Assembly: GCA_030527285.1 (NCBI GenBank)
Contig: JAUNBC010000001.1
Span: 4,445 to 68,444 of the forward strand
Source: Bacillota bacterium
GTDB taxonomy: Bacteria > Bacillota > Dehalobacteriia > UBA4068
Length of the DNA: 64,000 nt
Reading direction: 5' to 3'
The notes under the pieces were generated by a model. That model worked only from the letters and a program-made list of their open reading frames with translations, ran no database searches and was not told the DNA's origin. Below, piece by piece: positions 9,547-19,940 of the stretch; position 1 is the stretch's first letter, and each line of letters opens with the position of its first letter. A program made the position numbers and the translations under genes.

Positions 9547-10626
9547 ATGAAAGCGATAGTATCAGCCGGAGGTACCGGCGGACATATATACCCGGCGCTG
9601 GCTATTGCCGCCGAATTGGCGGCGCGCGGCTGGGAATTGCTGTATATGGGCGGCCGTGATTCGTTAGAGGAAGTGCTGGCGACGCAGGCTGGCCTGAGCT
9701 ATGCGGCGGTCAGCTGCTCGCCGCTGCGCCTGCGTTCCCGGCATGTTGCCGGCGATATGGCCGCCAATTATCGCGGCGTGGGCGAGGCGCGCGCCATCGT
9801 ATCCGCTTTTGCGCCGCAGGTGGTGATCGGCTGCGGCGGCTATGCCTCGTTTCCGGTGCTGTACGCGGCGCAGCGTTTGCATATACCGACGCTGCTGCAT
9901 GAGCAAAACGCCTATCCCGGGCTGGCCAACCGCCAGCTGGCCAAGCGCGCCGACGCTGTCTGCCTGACCTTTGCGGCGGCGGAGCGGGGCTTTCCCGCCA
10001 ACGCGCCCTTGCATATCACCGGGCTGCCGATACGCAAGCAGATACTTACGGTAGAGCGCGCGGAGGCGCTGCGTTATTTCTCCATCGAGGCCGACGAGCG
10101 GCCGACGTTGCTGATCACCGGCGGTTCTCAAGGCGCGCATAGCATCAACGAGGCCTTCCTGCCCATCTATGACGAATTGCTGCTGGCCGGTATCCGCATC
10201 GTCCACATTTGCGGCAAGGGCAATTATACGCAGCTATCGCAGGCCGCGCCGCAAAATCCGCACTTGATATTGCTGCCATATCTTGATAATATGGAATACG
10301 CGCTGATCCTGGCCGATCTGGCGGTGGCGCGCGCCGGCGCTTCGTTTTTAGCGGAAGCGGCGGCGATTGGCTTGCCGTTGCTGCTGATACCCTATCCCTA
10401 TGCGGCCAACGATCATCAGCGGCATAACGCGGCGGCTTTCAAACAGGCGGGCGCGGCGCTGGTGATGGACAGCGATTCGCTGACTCCCGCCAATCTGCGG
10501 CGTCTGCTGCTGCCGCTGCTCGCGGATAAACGGCGGCTGAGGGTGATGGGCGAGGCGGCGCGCGGCCTGGCGCATACCGCCGCGGCGCGGCAGATCTGCG
10601 ATATCGCGCAGTCTTTGTGCAAATAA
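9547..10626 (+). CDS. murG: undecaprenyldiphospho-muramoylpentapeptide beta-N-acetylglucosaminyltransferase MurG
   Basis: GT28 family; N-terminal GGTGGH motif. Conserved order after ftsW. Confidence 0.95.
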   Translation: MKAIVSAGGTGGHIYPALAIAAELAARGWELLYMGGRDSLEEVLATQAGLSYAAVSCSPLRLRSRHVAGDMAANYRGVGEARAIVSAFAPQVVIGCGGYASFPVLYAAQRLHIPTLLHEQNAYPGLANRQLAKRADAVCLTFAAAERGFPANAPLHITGLPIRKQILTVERAEALRYFSIEADERPTLLITGGSQGAHSINEAFLPIYDELLLAGIRIVHICGKGNYTQLSQAAPQNPHLILLPYLDNMEYALILADLAVARAGASFLAEAAAIGLPLLLIPYPYAANDHQRHNAAAFKQAGAALVMDSDSLTPANLRRLLLPLLADKRRLRVMGEAARGLAHTAAARQICDIAQSLCK

Positions 10627-10645
10627 CTTGGCAATGGGAGCATAT

Positions 10646-12025
10646 ATGGAAAAGCATCTGCATTTTATCGGTATCGGCGGTATCGGCATGAGCGCTATCG
10701 CCAAGATCATGCTCGGTATGGGCTTTAAGATCAGCGGTTCCGATCTTAAAGAAGCGCCGCTGACCATCGACTTGGCGGCGGACGGCGCGCATATCTATTA
10801 CAGCCATGCCGCCGCCAATATCGGCGACGATGTTGAGGCGGTGGTCTATTCCTCGGCGGTCAAGGAGAGCAATCCGGAAATGCGCGAGGCCAGACGGCGC
10901 GGGCTCAAGGTGTATAAGCGCGCGGAAATGCTCAGCTATCTGATGAGCACGCGCGTCAGCATCGGCGTGGCCGGCGCGCATGGCAAGACCACGACCTCAG
11001 GGATGATCGCCACGATGCTCGAATATGCGGATCAGCAGCCGACCATCATCATCGGCGGGATGCTGCCGGCCATCGGCGGCGGCAACGCCAAGGCCGGCCT
11101 GGGACGGCATCTGGTGGCCGAGGCCGACGAGAGCGACGGCACCTTTTTGCTGCTCCGTCCGGCCATCGCCGTGGTCACTAATATCGAGGCCGACCACCTC
11201 GATTATTATCACAATTTTGATAATATCGTCAGCGCCTTTGCCCAGTATTTGCGGCAGGTGCCGGAGCAGGGCTTTGCCGTTGTCTGCGCCGATTGCGAGA
11301 TCGCCGCGCAGCTGGCGCGGCAGGAATGCGCGCATTATATCAGCTATGCGCTGCATCACGAGGCGGATTATACCGCCGCCGATATCGTGCATGGGACAAA
11401 CGGCGTATCCGCCGATGTTTACGCGCATCAGCAGCGGCTCGGCCGCCTGCAATTAGCCGTGCCGGGCGCGCATAATGTCGCCAATGCGCTGGCGGCGATC
11501 GCTGTCGGCTGCGAGCTGGGCTTGAGCTTTGAGCAATGCGCGGCGGCTTTGGCGCATTTCACCGGCACCGGACGGCGCTTCGAGTATTTGGGGCATGCCG
11601 GTTCCACGCCGGTGATCGACGATTACGCTCATCATCCGACCGAGATCAGCGCGACCATTCAGGCGGCGCGCGATATGGGCGCAGGCAAGCTGCTGGCGGT
11701 ATTCCAGCCGCATCGTTATTCGCGCACTCAGAGTATGTTCGCCGAGTTCGCGCAGGCGCTGTATAATGCCGACACGGTGATACTAAATGAAATATATCCG
11801 GCTTTTGAGCAGCCCATTGAGGGAGTATCCGCGCAATTAATCGTCGATCATCTGCGCAAGCTCGGCCATACGAGCGTCCTATACGCCGCCGATATCGAGC
11901 AGGCGAAACAACTGGTGGCGCAGAATATAGAAGATAAAGATATGCTGCTGATCATGGGAGCGGGCAATATCCGCGCTCTGGGAGAACAATATCTGGATGA
12001 TATGAGGAGGAGCAAGGGTGAATAA
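10646..12025 (+). CDS. murC: UDP-N-acetylmuramate--L-alanine ligase MurC
   Basis: HFIGIGGIGMS N-terminus and a Mur ligase core. The probable start is the ATG at 10646 (GGGAG RBS); the ORF track uses the TTG at 10628. Confidence 0.95.
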   Translation: MEKHLHFIGIGGIGMSAIAKIMLGMGFKISGSDLKEAPLTIDLAADGAHIYYSHAAANIGDDVEAVVYSSAVKESNPEMREARRRGLKVYKRAEMLSYLMSTRVSIGVAGAHGKTTTSGMIATMLEYADQQPTIIIGGMLPAIGGGNAKAGLGRHLVAEADESDGTFLLLRPAIAVVTNIEADHLDYYHNFDNIVSAFAQYLRQVPEQGFAVVCADCEIAAQLARQECAHYISYALHHEADYTAADIVHGTNGVSADVYAHQQRLGRLQLAVPGAHNVANALAAIAVGCELGLSFEQCAAALAHFTGTGRRFEYLGHAGSTPVIDDYAHHPTEISATIQAARDMGAGKLLAVFQPHRYSRTQSMFAEFAQALYNADTVILNEIYPAFEQPIEGVSAQLIVDHLRKLGHTSVLYAADIEQAKQLVAQNIEDKDMLLIMGAGNIRALGEQYLDDMRRSKGE

Positions 12026-12929
12026 AGCCGAATGCCAGGCAGCTTTGTCCGCTGTCGTTAAAGAGAAGGTGCTTACCGACGTGCCGATGCGCAAGCATAC
12101 CACGTGGCAGATCGGCGGGCCGGCGGATATCATGGTTTTCCCATCTTCGGAGGAGGAACTGGCCGCGGTGTTCAAGATAGTCCGCGAGCGCGACCTGCCG
12201 TGGCTGGTAGTCGGCAACGGCTCCAATCTGCTGGTCGGCGACAAGGGCGTGCGCGGCGTGGTGATCAAGATGGGCGCGGCCTTCTCCGCTTCGGTATGGA
12301 AAGGCGATCAGGTCGAGGCCTGCGCGGGGATGCTGCTGTCGGCTTTGGCGTTGGAGGCTGCGGATCGCTCTTTGGCCGGCCTCGAGTTCGCGCGCGGCAT
12401 ACCGGGCAGCATCGGCGGCGCGGTGCGGATGAACGCCGGCGCGTACGGCAGCAATATCGGCAGCTATGTGCAGAGCGTGCATGCCGTGGGCTATGACGGC
12501 GAGCAGCTGGACGTTGCGGGCGAGGATATCAGCTTTGCCTATCGGGACAGCAGCCTGTTCCAGCTTGACGCCGTGATAACCCGCGTGAGCCTGCGCTTGT
12601 ATGAGGGCGATAAGGAGCAGATACTGGCGCAGATCAAGGATTATTCGCAGCGGCGCAGCTTTGCCCAGCCGCTGGAATTTCCCTCTTGCGGCAGCGTGTT
12701 CCGCAATCCGGCCTTCGACCATGCCGGCCGCCTGATCGAGATGGCCGGTCTGCGCGGCTTCAATTACGGCGGCGCGGGCGTATCGAAGAAACACGGTAAT
12801 TTCATCATCAATCTCGGCGGCGCGCGCGCCTGTGACGTGCGTGAGCTGATCGAAGAAATACAGCGCCGCGTCTTTGAGTATTCCGGCGTGCAGCTGGAGC
12901 CGGAGGTTAAATTCGTCGGCGAGTTCTAA
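12018..12929 (+). CDS. murB: UDP-N-acetylenolpyruvoylglucosamine reductase MurB
   Basis: FAD-binding PCMH-type domain and MurB C-terminal domain. GTG start overlaps the murC stop; GAGGAGG RBS. Confidence 0.95.
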   Translation: MNKAECQAALSAVVKEKVLTDVPMRKHTTWQIGGPADIMVFPSSEEELAAVFKIVRERDLPWLVVGNGSNLLVGDKGVRGVVIKMGAAFSASVWKGDQVEACAGMLLSALALEAADRSLAGLEFARGIPGSIGGAVRMNAGAYGSNIGSYVQSVHAVGYDGEQLDVAGEDISFAYRDSSLFQLDAVITRVSLRLYEGDKEQILAQIKDYSQRRSFAQPLEFPSCGSVFRNPAFDHAGRLIEMAGLRGFNYGGAGVSKKHGNFIINLGGARACDVRELIEEIQRRVFEYSGVQLEPEVKFVGEF

Positions 12930-12945
12930 ATGCTATCAGCAGACG

Positions 12946-12980
12946 AAAGCCCCGCTGTCATATGACAGCGGGGCTTTTTG
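12946..12980. terminator. bidirectional intrinsic terminator between convergent murB and the fumarate hydratase beta-subunit gene
   Basis: Perfect 13-bp stem aaagccccgctgtca / gacagcggggcttt with a 3-nt loop, a T-run on the plus strand and an A-rich stretch on the other side. Confidence 0.8.
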
Positions 12981-12986
12981 GCGGCG

Positions 12987-13553
12987 CTACTCCGCCGTAT
13001 CTATCGTTTGCAGATAGCTCTTTGGTCCGGTTTTATACAGGTCATTGCCCAGGGAGTCGATGACCACGGTCAGCGGCATCTCGCTGATCTCGAGGCGGCT
13101 GATCTGCTCCGCGCCGTATTCGGCGAAGGCCACGGTCTGCGCGCCGCGCACCGCCCTGGCCAGCAGCGCCGCCGCTCCGCCGGTCGCGCCGAAATAGACC
13201 GCGCCCGCTTGCTTGATCGCCGCGATCACCTCGTCGCTGCGGTCGCCCTTGCCGATCATGCCCAGCATGCCCAAACCGAGCAGCCGCGGCGTGAACTTGT
13301 CCATGCGATAAGCAGTAGTGGGGCCGATGGAGCCGATAGGGCGGCCGGGTCTGGCCGGAGTGGGGCCGGCATAATAGATCACCGCGCCTGCAAGCTCGAT
13401 CGGCAGCGGCCGCCCCGCGTCCAATAGCTCGCACAGGCGTTTATGCGCAGCGTCGCGCGCCGTATAGATATAGCCGGATAACAGCACCTTATCGCCGGCG
13501 CGCAGCAGCGCGGCCTGTGCTTTGCTCAGCGGAGCCGTCAAATGGTATTCCAT
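12987..13553 (-). CDS. Fe-S hydro-lyase beta subunit (class I fumarate hydratase / L(+)-tartrate dehydratase beta subunit)
   Basis: Protein matches the FumA_C / TtdB family. Sits immediately downstream of the alpha subunit. The probable start is the internal ATG at 13553 (GAGGTGA RBS); the ORF track extends 11 codons upstream into the alpha gene. Confidence 0.85.
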   Translation of the reverse strand: MEYHLTAPLSKAQAALLRAGDKVLLSGYIYTARDAAHKRLCELLDAGRPLPIELAGAVIYYAGPTPARPGRPIGSIGPTTAYRMDKFTPRLLGLGMLGMIGKGDRSDEVIAAIKQAGAVYFGATGGAAALLARAVRGAQTVAFAEYGAEQISRLEISEMPLTVVIDSLGNDLYKTGPKSYLQTIDTAE

Positions 13554-13566
13554 GATCTCACCTCGG

Positions 13567-14409
13567 TCAAATGATAAGCTCGGCATGGCGGGTGACGTGG
13601 CAGCCGATGCTGACCGCCACCGGCAAGCAGGCGATATGCGTGGGCAGTACCTCGATATTCACCGCCAGCGCCGTGGTCGCGCCGCCGAAGCCCTGCGGCC
13701 CGACGCCCAGCTTGTTGACGTCATCCAGCAGCGTTTGCTCCAGCTCGCGATACAGCGGCAGCGGATGGCGCCGCGCCAGCGGACGCAGCAGCGCTTGCTT
13801 GGACAGCAGCGCCGCGTGGTCGAAATTGCCGCCGACGCCCACGCCGATCACCAGCGGCGGGCAAGGGTTAGCGCCGGCGTTTTGCACCGTTTGCAGTACA
13901 AAGTCATGCACGCCCTCGATACCGGCAGCCGGCGGCAGCATAGCGATGCGGCACATATTTTCCGAACCGCCGCCCTTGGGCGCAACCACCACGCGCAGTT
14001 GTTCGCCGGGCACGATAAAACAGCTGAGCAGCGCCGGCGTATTATCGCCGCTGTTGACGCGCTCGATGGGGTCGAGCAGCATCGACTTGCGCAAATAGCC
14101 CTCGGCCTGCCCCTCGCGCACGCCCTGATCGACGGCGGCGCTAAGATCGCCGCCCGTCAGATGCACGTCCTGCCCGATATACAGATAGACGCAGCACATT
14201 CCCGTATCCTGACATATCGGGTACACGCCCTGCCGCGCCACGGCCAGATTTTCCTTGAGCTGCGCGAGTATATCCCGCGCCACCGGCCACGGCTCGCCGG
14301 CCGCGGCCTCGCTGATCGCCTGTTCTATATCGGGCGGCAGATGATAGCTGCATTCTACGTACAGCTTCCGCACCGCGCGGCTGATCTCATTGACGTTTAT
14401 TTCGCGCAT
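13567..14409 (-). CDS. Fe-S hydro-lyase alpha subunit (class I fumarate hydratase / tartrate dehydratase alpha subunit)
   Basis: Fumerase N-terminal-domain family with conserved Cys ligands (YPICQDTGMCC). Paired with the beta subunit. Confidence 0.9.
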   Translation of the reverse strand: MREINVNEISRAVRKLYVECSYHLPPDIEQAISEAAAGEPWPVARDILAQLKENLAVARQGVYPICQDTGMCCVYLYIGQDVHLTGGDLSAAVDQGVREGQAEGYLRKSMLLDPIERVNSGDNTPALLSCFIVPGEQLRVVVAPKGGGSENMCRIAMLPPAAGIEGVHDFVLQTVQNAGANPCPPLVIGVGVGGNFDHAALLSKQALLRPLARRHPLPLYRELEQTLLDDVNKLGVGPQGFGGATTALAVNIEVLPTHIACLPVAVSIGCHVTRHAELII

Positions 14410-15587
14410 TTTCCGCCTCCGGCCACGCCGCTGCTGCGCGCCGCCTGAGCGACCTGTTCGGCCACCGCCGCCGCCACGCGCTTATCAAAGGGATCGGGCA
14501 GTATGTAATCGGCGCGCAGCTCCTCGTCGCTGACCAGATTGGCGATCGCGTAAGCGGCGGCCTTCTTCATCGCATGATTGATATCACGCGCCCGCGCGTC
14601 CAACGCGCCGCGAAAAATACCGGGGAAAGCCAGCACGTTGTTGATCTGATTGGGATTATCGCTGCGTCCGGTGCCGACTACCGCCGCGCCGGCCTCCAGC
14701 GCCTGCCGGTAGCCGATCTCCGGCGTGGGATTAGCCATGGCAAAGACCACCGGCTGCGCCGCCATGTTCCGTATCATCGCCGGGGTCAGCGCGTTGGCTA
14801 CTGATACGCCGATGAACACGTCCGCGCCGCGCAGCGCGTCGGCCAGCTCGCCGCGCCGGCCGTCAAGGTTGGTGATATCACATAGCGCCAGCTTATGCGT
14901 TTCCGCGCCATAGTCGCGCTGCTTATGCAGTATGCCATGCTCATCGCAGGCGGTCAGCTGCCGCGCGCCCAGCTGATGCAGCATCCGCAGCACCGCCGTA
15001 CCGGCTGAGCCGGGGCCGTTGAGCACGATGCGCGTATCCTCCAGCCGGCGCTTGGTCAGCCGCAGCGCATTGAGCAGCGCCGCCGCCACGATCACCGCCG
15101 TGCCATGCTGGTCGTCATGGAATACCGGTATATCCAGCTCCTGCTCCAAACGCCGCTCGATCTCAAAGCATTTGGGCGAGCAGATATCCTCTAAATTTAT
15201 GCCGCCGAATACCGGCGCGATATGCTTGACCGCGGCGATGATCTGCTCGCTGTCCTGCGTGTCCAGACATATAGGGAAGGCGTCCACGCCGCCAAAGGCC
15301 TTGAACAGCACCGCCTTGCCCTCCATCACCGGCAGCGCCGCTTTAGCGCCGATATTGCCCAGCCCCAGCACCGCCGAGCCGTCGGATACCACCGCTACCG
15401 TATTTCCCTTGGCGGTATAGGCGTAGACCTGCTCGGGATCGGCGGCGATAGCGCGGCACGGCGCGGCCACGCCGGGCGTATAGGCTACCGATAGATCCTC
15501 GCGGTCATGGAGCGGCATTTTGCAGGCGATCTCCACCTTGCCTCGGTATTTAGCATGCCGCGCTAACGCTTCTTCATAATAGTCCAT
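14397..15587 (-). CDS. NAD(P)-dependent malic enzyme (short form)
   Basis: Malic enzyme N-terminal and NAD-binding domains (VYTPGVA, LGLGNIG, FGGINLEDI motifs). Co-directional with the fumarase genes. Confidence 0.9.
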   Translation of the reverse strand: MDYYEEALARHAKYRGKVEIACKMPLHDREDLSVAYTPGVAAPCRAIAADPEQVYAYTAKGNTVAVVSDGSAVLGLGNIGAKAALPVMEGKAVLFKAFGGVDAFPICLDTQDSEQIIAAVKHIAPVFGGINLEDICSPKCFEIERRLEQELDIPVFHDDQHGTAVIVAAALLNALRLTKRRLEDTRIVLNGPGSAGTAVLRMLHQLGARQLTACDEHGILHKQRDYGAETHKLALCDITNLDGRRGELADALRGADVFIGVSVANALTPAMIRNMAAQPVVFAMANPTPEIGYRQALEAGAAVVGTGRSDNPNQINNVLAFPGIFRGALDARARDINHAMKKAAAYAIANLVSDEELRADYILPDPFDKRVAAAVAEQVAQAARSSGVAGGGKCAK

Positions 15588-15602
15588 GCTATGCTCCCGT
15601 AA

Positions 15603-16367
15603 TCATTTTAGCGATTCCCATGCGGCCTCGGTCATCTCGTCAACGATACGACGCGCCGCCGCCGCCGGATCCTCGGCCTTGGTGATAGGACGGCCTACTA
15701 CTAAATAGCTCGCGCCCATGCGAATCGCCTCGCCCGGGGTCATGATGCGCTGTTGATCGTCGCTGCCCGCCCAGGCCGGACGCACGCCGGGGGTGACGAT
15801 CAGGAAATCCTCGCCGCAAACCTCGCGGATAGCCTTGATCTCATGCGGCGAGCACACAACGCCGTCCAAACCGCTGCGCTTGGCCATCTGTGCCAGATGG
15901 AGCACGTGCTCGCCGATGCTGACGGTCAGTCCCAGCTCATCATGGAATTCCTGCTGCGAGATGCTGGTCAGCACCGTCACGCCCAGAGCCAGCGGCTTTT
16001 CTATTGCCAACTTGGCCGCTTCGTCTGCTACCGCCTCGGCGGAAGCCTTGAGCATCTTGGAGCCGCCGCCGGCATGCATGGTGTACATGAAGGCTTGGCG
16101 GCGCGCCATCACGCGGCTGGTCTGCGCCACGGTATTGGGAATATCGTGGAATTTGAGATCGACAAAGACCTTGCCGCCGTAGAGCTGGATATATTCCACC
16201 ATATCCGGCCCCTCGGAATTATAGAGCTGCATACCGATCTTATAAGCGCCGGCCTCCTCCTGCAACAAACGGACAAAATAAAAGGCCTCTCGCCGGCTGG
16301 CAACGTCCAGCGCAACGATCAGCCTTTCTTTCATCTGTTCTCTCAGGGCTTCCTTTGAAGTTGTCAT
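15603..16367 (-). CDS. pyrF: orotidine 5'-phosphate decarboxylase PyrF
   Basis: Type 1 OMP decarboxylase motifs (LIVALD, DLKFHDIPNT, Q..G..V.GR). The probable start is the ATG at 16367 (GGGGG RBS); the ORF track begins 16 codons upstream at 16415. Confidence 0.9.
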   Translation of the reverse strand: MTTSKEALREQMKERLIVALDVASRREAFYFVRLLQEEAGAYKIGMQLYNSEGPDMVEYIQLYGGKVFVDLKFHDIPNTVAQTSRVMARRQAFMYTMHAGGGSKMLKASAEAVADEAAKLAIEKPLALGVTVLTSISQQEFHDELGLTVSIGEHVLHLAQMAKRSGLDGVVCSPHEIKAIREVCGEDFLIVTPGVRPAWAGSDDQQRIMTPGEAIRMGASYLVVGRPITKAEDPAAAARRIVDEMTEAAWESLK

Positions 16368-16405
16368 ATATTTGACCCCCTTTGGGTTGATTTGCTTTTC
16401 ACAAT

Positions 16406-16434
16406 ATATTAGCATGGAAAACGCGCCCTGTCAA
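16406..16434 (-). promoter_or_regulatory. promoter-like element directly upstream of pyrF (TTGACA, 17 bp spacer, TAATAT), sitting in the loop of an 8-bp inverted repeat
   Basis: Minus-strand TTGACA (plus 16429-16434) and TAATAT (plus 16406-11). The -35 lies inside the loop of the perfect inverted repeat AACGCGCC / GGCGCGTT (16420-16448). Confidence 0.4.
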
Positions 16435-16446
16435 TAATCAGGCGCG

Positions 16447-16470
16447 TTGAAAAGCCGGTTTTCCGGCTGC
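16447..16470 (-). terminator. intrinsic terminator (minus strand) at the 3' end of the structured non-coding segment, immediately upstream of pyrF
   Basis: Minus-strand GCCGG-AAAA-CCGGC stem-loop followed by UUUUC. Confidence 0.6.
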
Positions 16471-16712
16471 CGTTTGTCCGGCGAGCGGGCATACAAAACC
16501 CCGCTTTGCCGTGTAAGCCGCGATTTTGAAACCTGCACATAAGCAGGTGGGTTTCCTCCCGCCGGCTTTCGACTTCCACTAAACTTGCGAGGCATGCCGG
16601 CCACAGGCGGAGCGGGGAATCCCGTATTTAGGGTGTTGGGTCAAAATAACGGCTTATGCACAAACATCGCAGGGTGTTTGTCTGATGTGCAATGGAGCGG
16701 ATACTGTGATGC
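16471..16712 (-). ncRNA. unclassified structured RNA candidate: either an independent small RNA or a long pyrF leader/attenuator
   Basis: About 240 nt GC-rich segment with no ORF, unlike the AT-rich intergenic regions elsewhere. Bracketed by a promoter-like element (16717-16745) and an intrinsic terminator (16447-16470) on the minus strand. Several local hairpins at 16661-16680, 16532-16547 and 16484-16505. No recognisable Rfam family hallmark by eye. Confidence 0.3.
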
Positions 16713-16716
16713 CTAT

Positions 16717-16745
16717 ATTATATAGCAAAGCGGCGGATTTTACAA
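16717..16745 (-). promoter_or_regulatory. promoter-like element (TTGTAA, 17 bp spacer, TATAAT, minus strand) embedded in the aspS terminator hairpin
   Basis: Minus-strand TTGTAA (plus 16740-16745) lies in the loop of the aspS terminator; TATAAT at plus 16717-16722. It would start a transcript covering the structured segment toward pyrF. Confidence 0.35.
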
Positions 16746-16754
16746 CCGCCGCTT
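16729..16754 (-). terminator. stem-loop downstream of aspS (putative terminator, weak U-tract)
   Basis: GCGGCGG-N10-CCGCCGC inverted repeat 27 nt after the aspS stop. The T-run on the minus strand is poor (TTTGCTAT). Confidence 0.45.
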
Positions 16755-16780
16755 TACGACAATAATTTACTTTTTTTCCA

Positions 16781-18580
<1,800 letters not shown>

Positions 18581-18584
18581 ATTT

Positions 18585-19862
18585 CTACTCCTTATCGCTG
18601 CTGTTTTTTATCCGCAGCAGATGGCTGACGATATTGTCCACCGGCAGCGTTATCTGCTCACTTTTATCCATATTGCGCAATACGGCCTCGCCGCGCAGCA
18701 ATTCGTCGCCGCCGATGATCAGCGTATAGGCGGCCTGCATACGGTCGGCGGCTTTCATCTGCGCCTTGAGGCTTTTGCTTCCGTATTCCATGTCGGCGGA
18801 GAAGCCGGCGGCTCGCAGCTGCTCGCACAGCCTGAAAGCGGCCGGCTTGCAATCATTGTCATGGCTGATCAGGAATACCTCCACGCCTTGCTCTACGTCT
18901 ATATCGTCGCCCTGCGCCTTGAGCGCGGTGAAGATGCGTTCTATGCCCAGCGCGAAGCCGACAGCCGGCGTGGGCGCGCCGCCGATCTCCTCGATCAGGC
19001 CGTCATAACGGCCGCCGCCGCAGACTGCGCTTTGCGCGCCGATCTGCTTGGCCTCTATCTCAAAGGCGGTCTTGGTATAATAGTCCAGCCCGCGCACCAT
19101 ACGCCAGTCTAAAGCGTAGGGCAGGGAGGCCGCGTCGAGCAGCGTTTTAAGCTGCGCGAAATGCGCGGAGCAATCGCCGCACAGATAGTCGTATATTTGC
19201 GGCGCGTTATTGCCGATATCGTGGCAATGCTGGCTTTTGCAATCGAGCAGCCGCAGCGGGTTGCGTTCAAAGCGGTCGCGGCAGGAGCCGCACAGCGCCG
19301 CCAAATGCGGGCGGAAATAGTCCTGCAGCGCGCGCTTATAGGCGGCGCGGCAGTTGGGGCAGCCCACGGAGTTGATGCGCAGGTTGAGGTCGCGGATGCC
19401 TAACTGCTGGTAGAAGCGCCAGGCAAAGCTGATGATCTCCGCGTCGGCGGCCGGCTCGGCGGAGCCGAACAGCTCCAGGCCGAATTGATGGAATTGGCGG
19501 AAGCGCCCCGCTTGCGGCCGTTCATAGCGGAACATCGGGCCGATATAAAAGAGCTTGACCGGCTGCGCCAGGCCGTAGAGCTTGTTCTCGATATAGGCGC
19601 GGCAGGCGGCGGCGGTATTCTCCGGCCGCAGCGTCAGCGAGCGCTCGCCTTGATCGAGGAAGGTATACATTTCCTTTTGCACGATATCGGTGGCATTGCC
19701 GACGCCGCGCACGAATAATTCCGTATCCTCGAAGATCGGCGTGCGTATTTCCTGATAATTATAGATGGCGCACAGCTCGCGCAATTTCTGCTCTATCGCG
19801 AGTATTTTACTGCTCTCCGGTGGCAGAAAATCATTGGTGCCGCGCGGTTTGCTGATATTCAT
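18585..19862 (-). CDS. hisS: histidine--tRNA ligase HisS
   Basis: Class II aaRS HisS motifs and a HisS C-terminal anticodon-binding domain. Forms a hisS-aspS operon with a 4-nt gap. Confidence 0.95.
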   Translation of the reverse strand: MNISKPRGTNDFLPPESSKILAIEQKLRELCAIYNYQEIRTPIFEDTELFVRGVGNATDIVQKEMYTFLDQGERSLTLRPENTAAACRAYIENKLYGLAQPVKLFYIGPMFRYERPQAGRFRQFHQFGLELFGSAEPAADAEIISFAWRFYQQLGIRDLNLRINSVGCPNCRAAYKRALQDYFRPHLAALCGSCRDRFERNPLRLLDCKSQHCHDIGNNAPQIYDYLCGDCSAHFAQLKTLLDAASLPYALDWRMVRGLDYYTKTAFEIEAKQIGAQSAVCGGGRYDGLIEEIGGAPTPAVGFALGIERIFTALKAQGDDIDVEQGVEVFLISHDNDCKPAAFRLCEQLRAAGFSADMEYGSKSLKAQMKAADRMQAAYTLIIGGDELLRGEAVLRNMDKSEQITLPVDNIVSHLLRIKNSSDKE

Positions 19863-19911
19863 AGTCGCTCTCCAGTTTTACGGTTTGCACTCTTGCATAG
19901 CTTAACTTATA

Positions 19912-19940
19912 TATTATCACTCATTTTTGCTATTTTGTCA
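19912..19940 (-). promoter_or_regulatory. hisS-aspS promoter candidate (TTGACA, 17 bp spacer, GATAAT/TGATAATAT)
   Basis: Minus-strand TTGACA (plus 19935-19940) and an extended -10 TGATAATAT (plus 19910-19918), about 45 nt upstream of the hisS ATG. Confidence 0.45.

Noticed and set aside
16471-16712. Possible tmRNA, RNase P RNA, SRP RNA or PyrR-binding attenuator in the aspS-pyrF spacer. The segment contains TTTCGAC...GCATGCCG...GGCGG, vaguely like a tmRNA 5' region, and AACGGCTTAT, vaguely like an RNase P 3' region.
   Set aside because: There is no GGGG 5' end plus T-arm/CCA 3' end and no tag reading frame ending in Ala-Ala-stop, which argues against tmRNA. The length is too short and there is no GGAAAGUCC P4 motif, which argues against RNase P. 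There is no GUCAGGUCCGGAAGGAAGCAGC, which argues against SRP. There is no UCCNGNGAGG PyrR loop. It is therefore left as unclassified.
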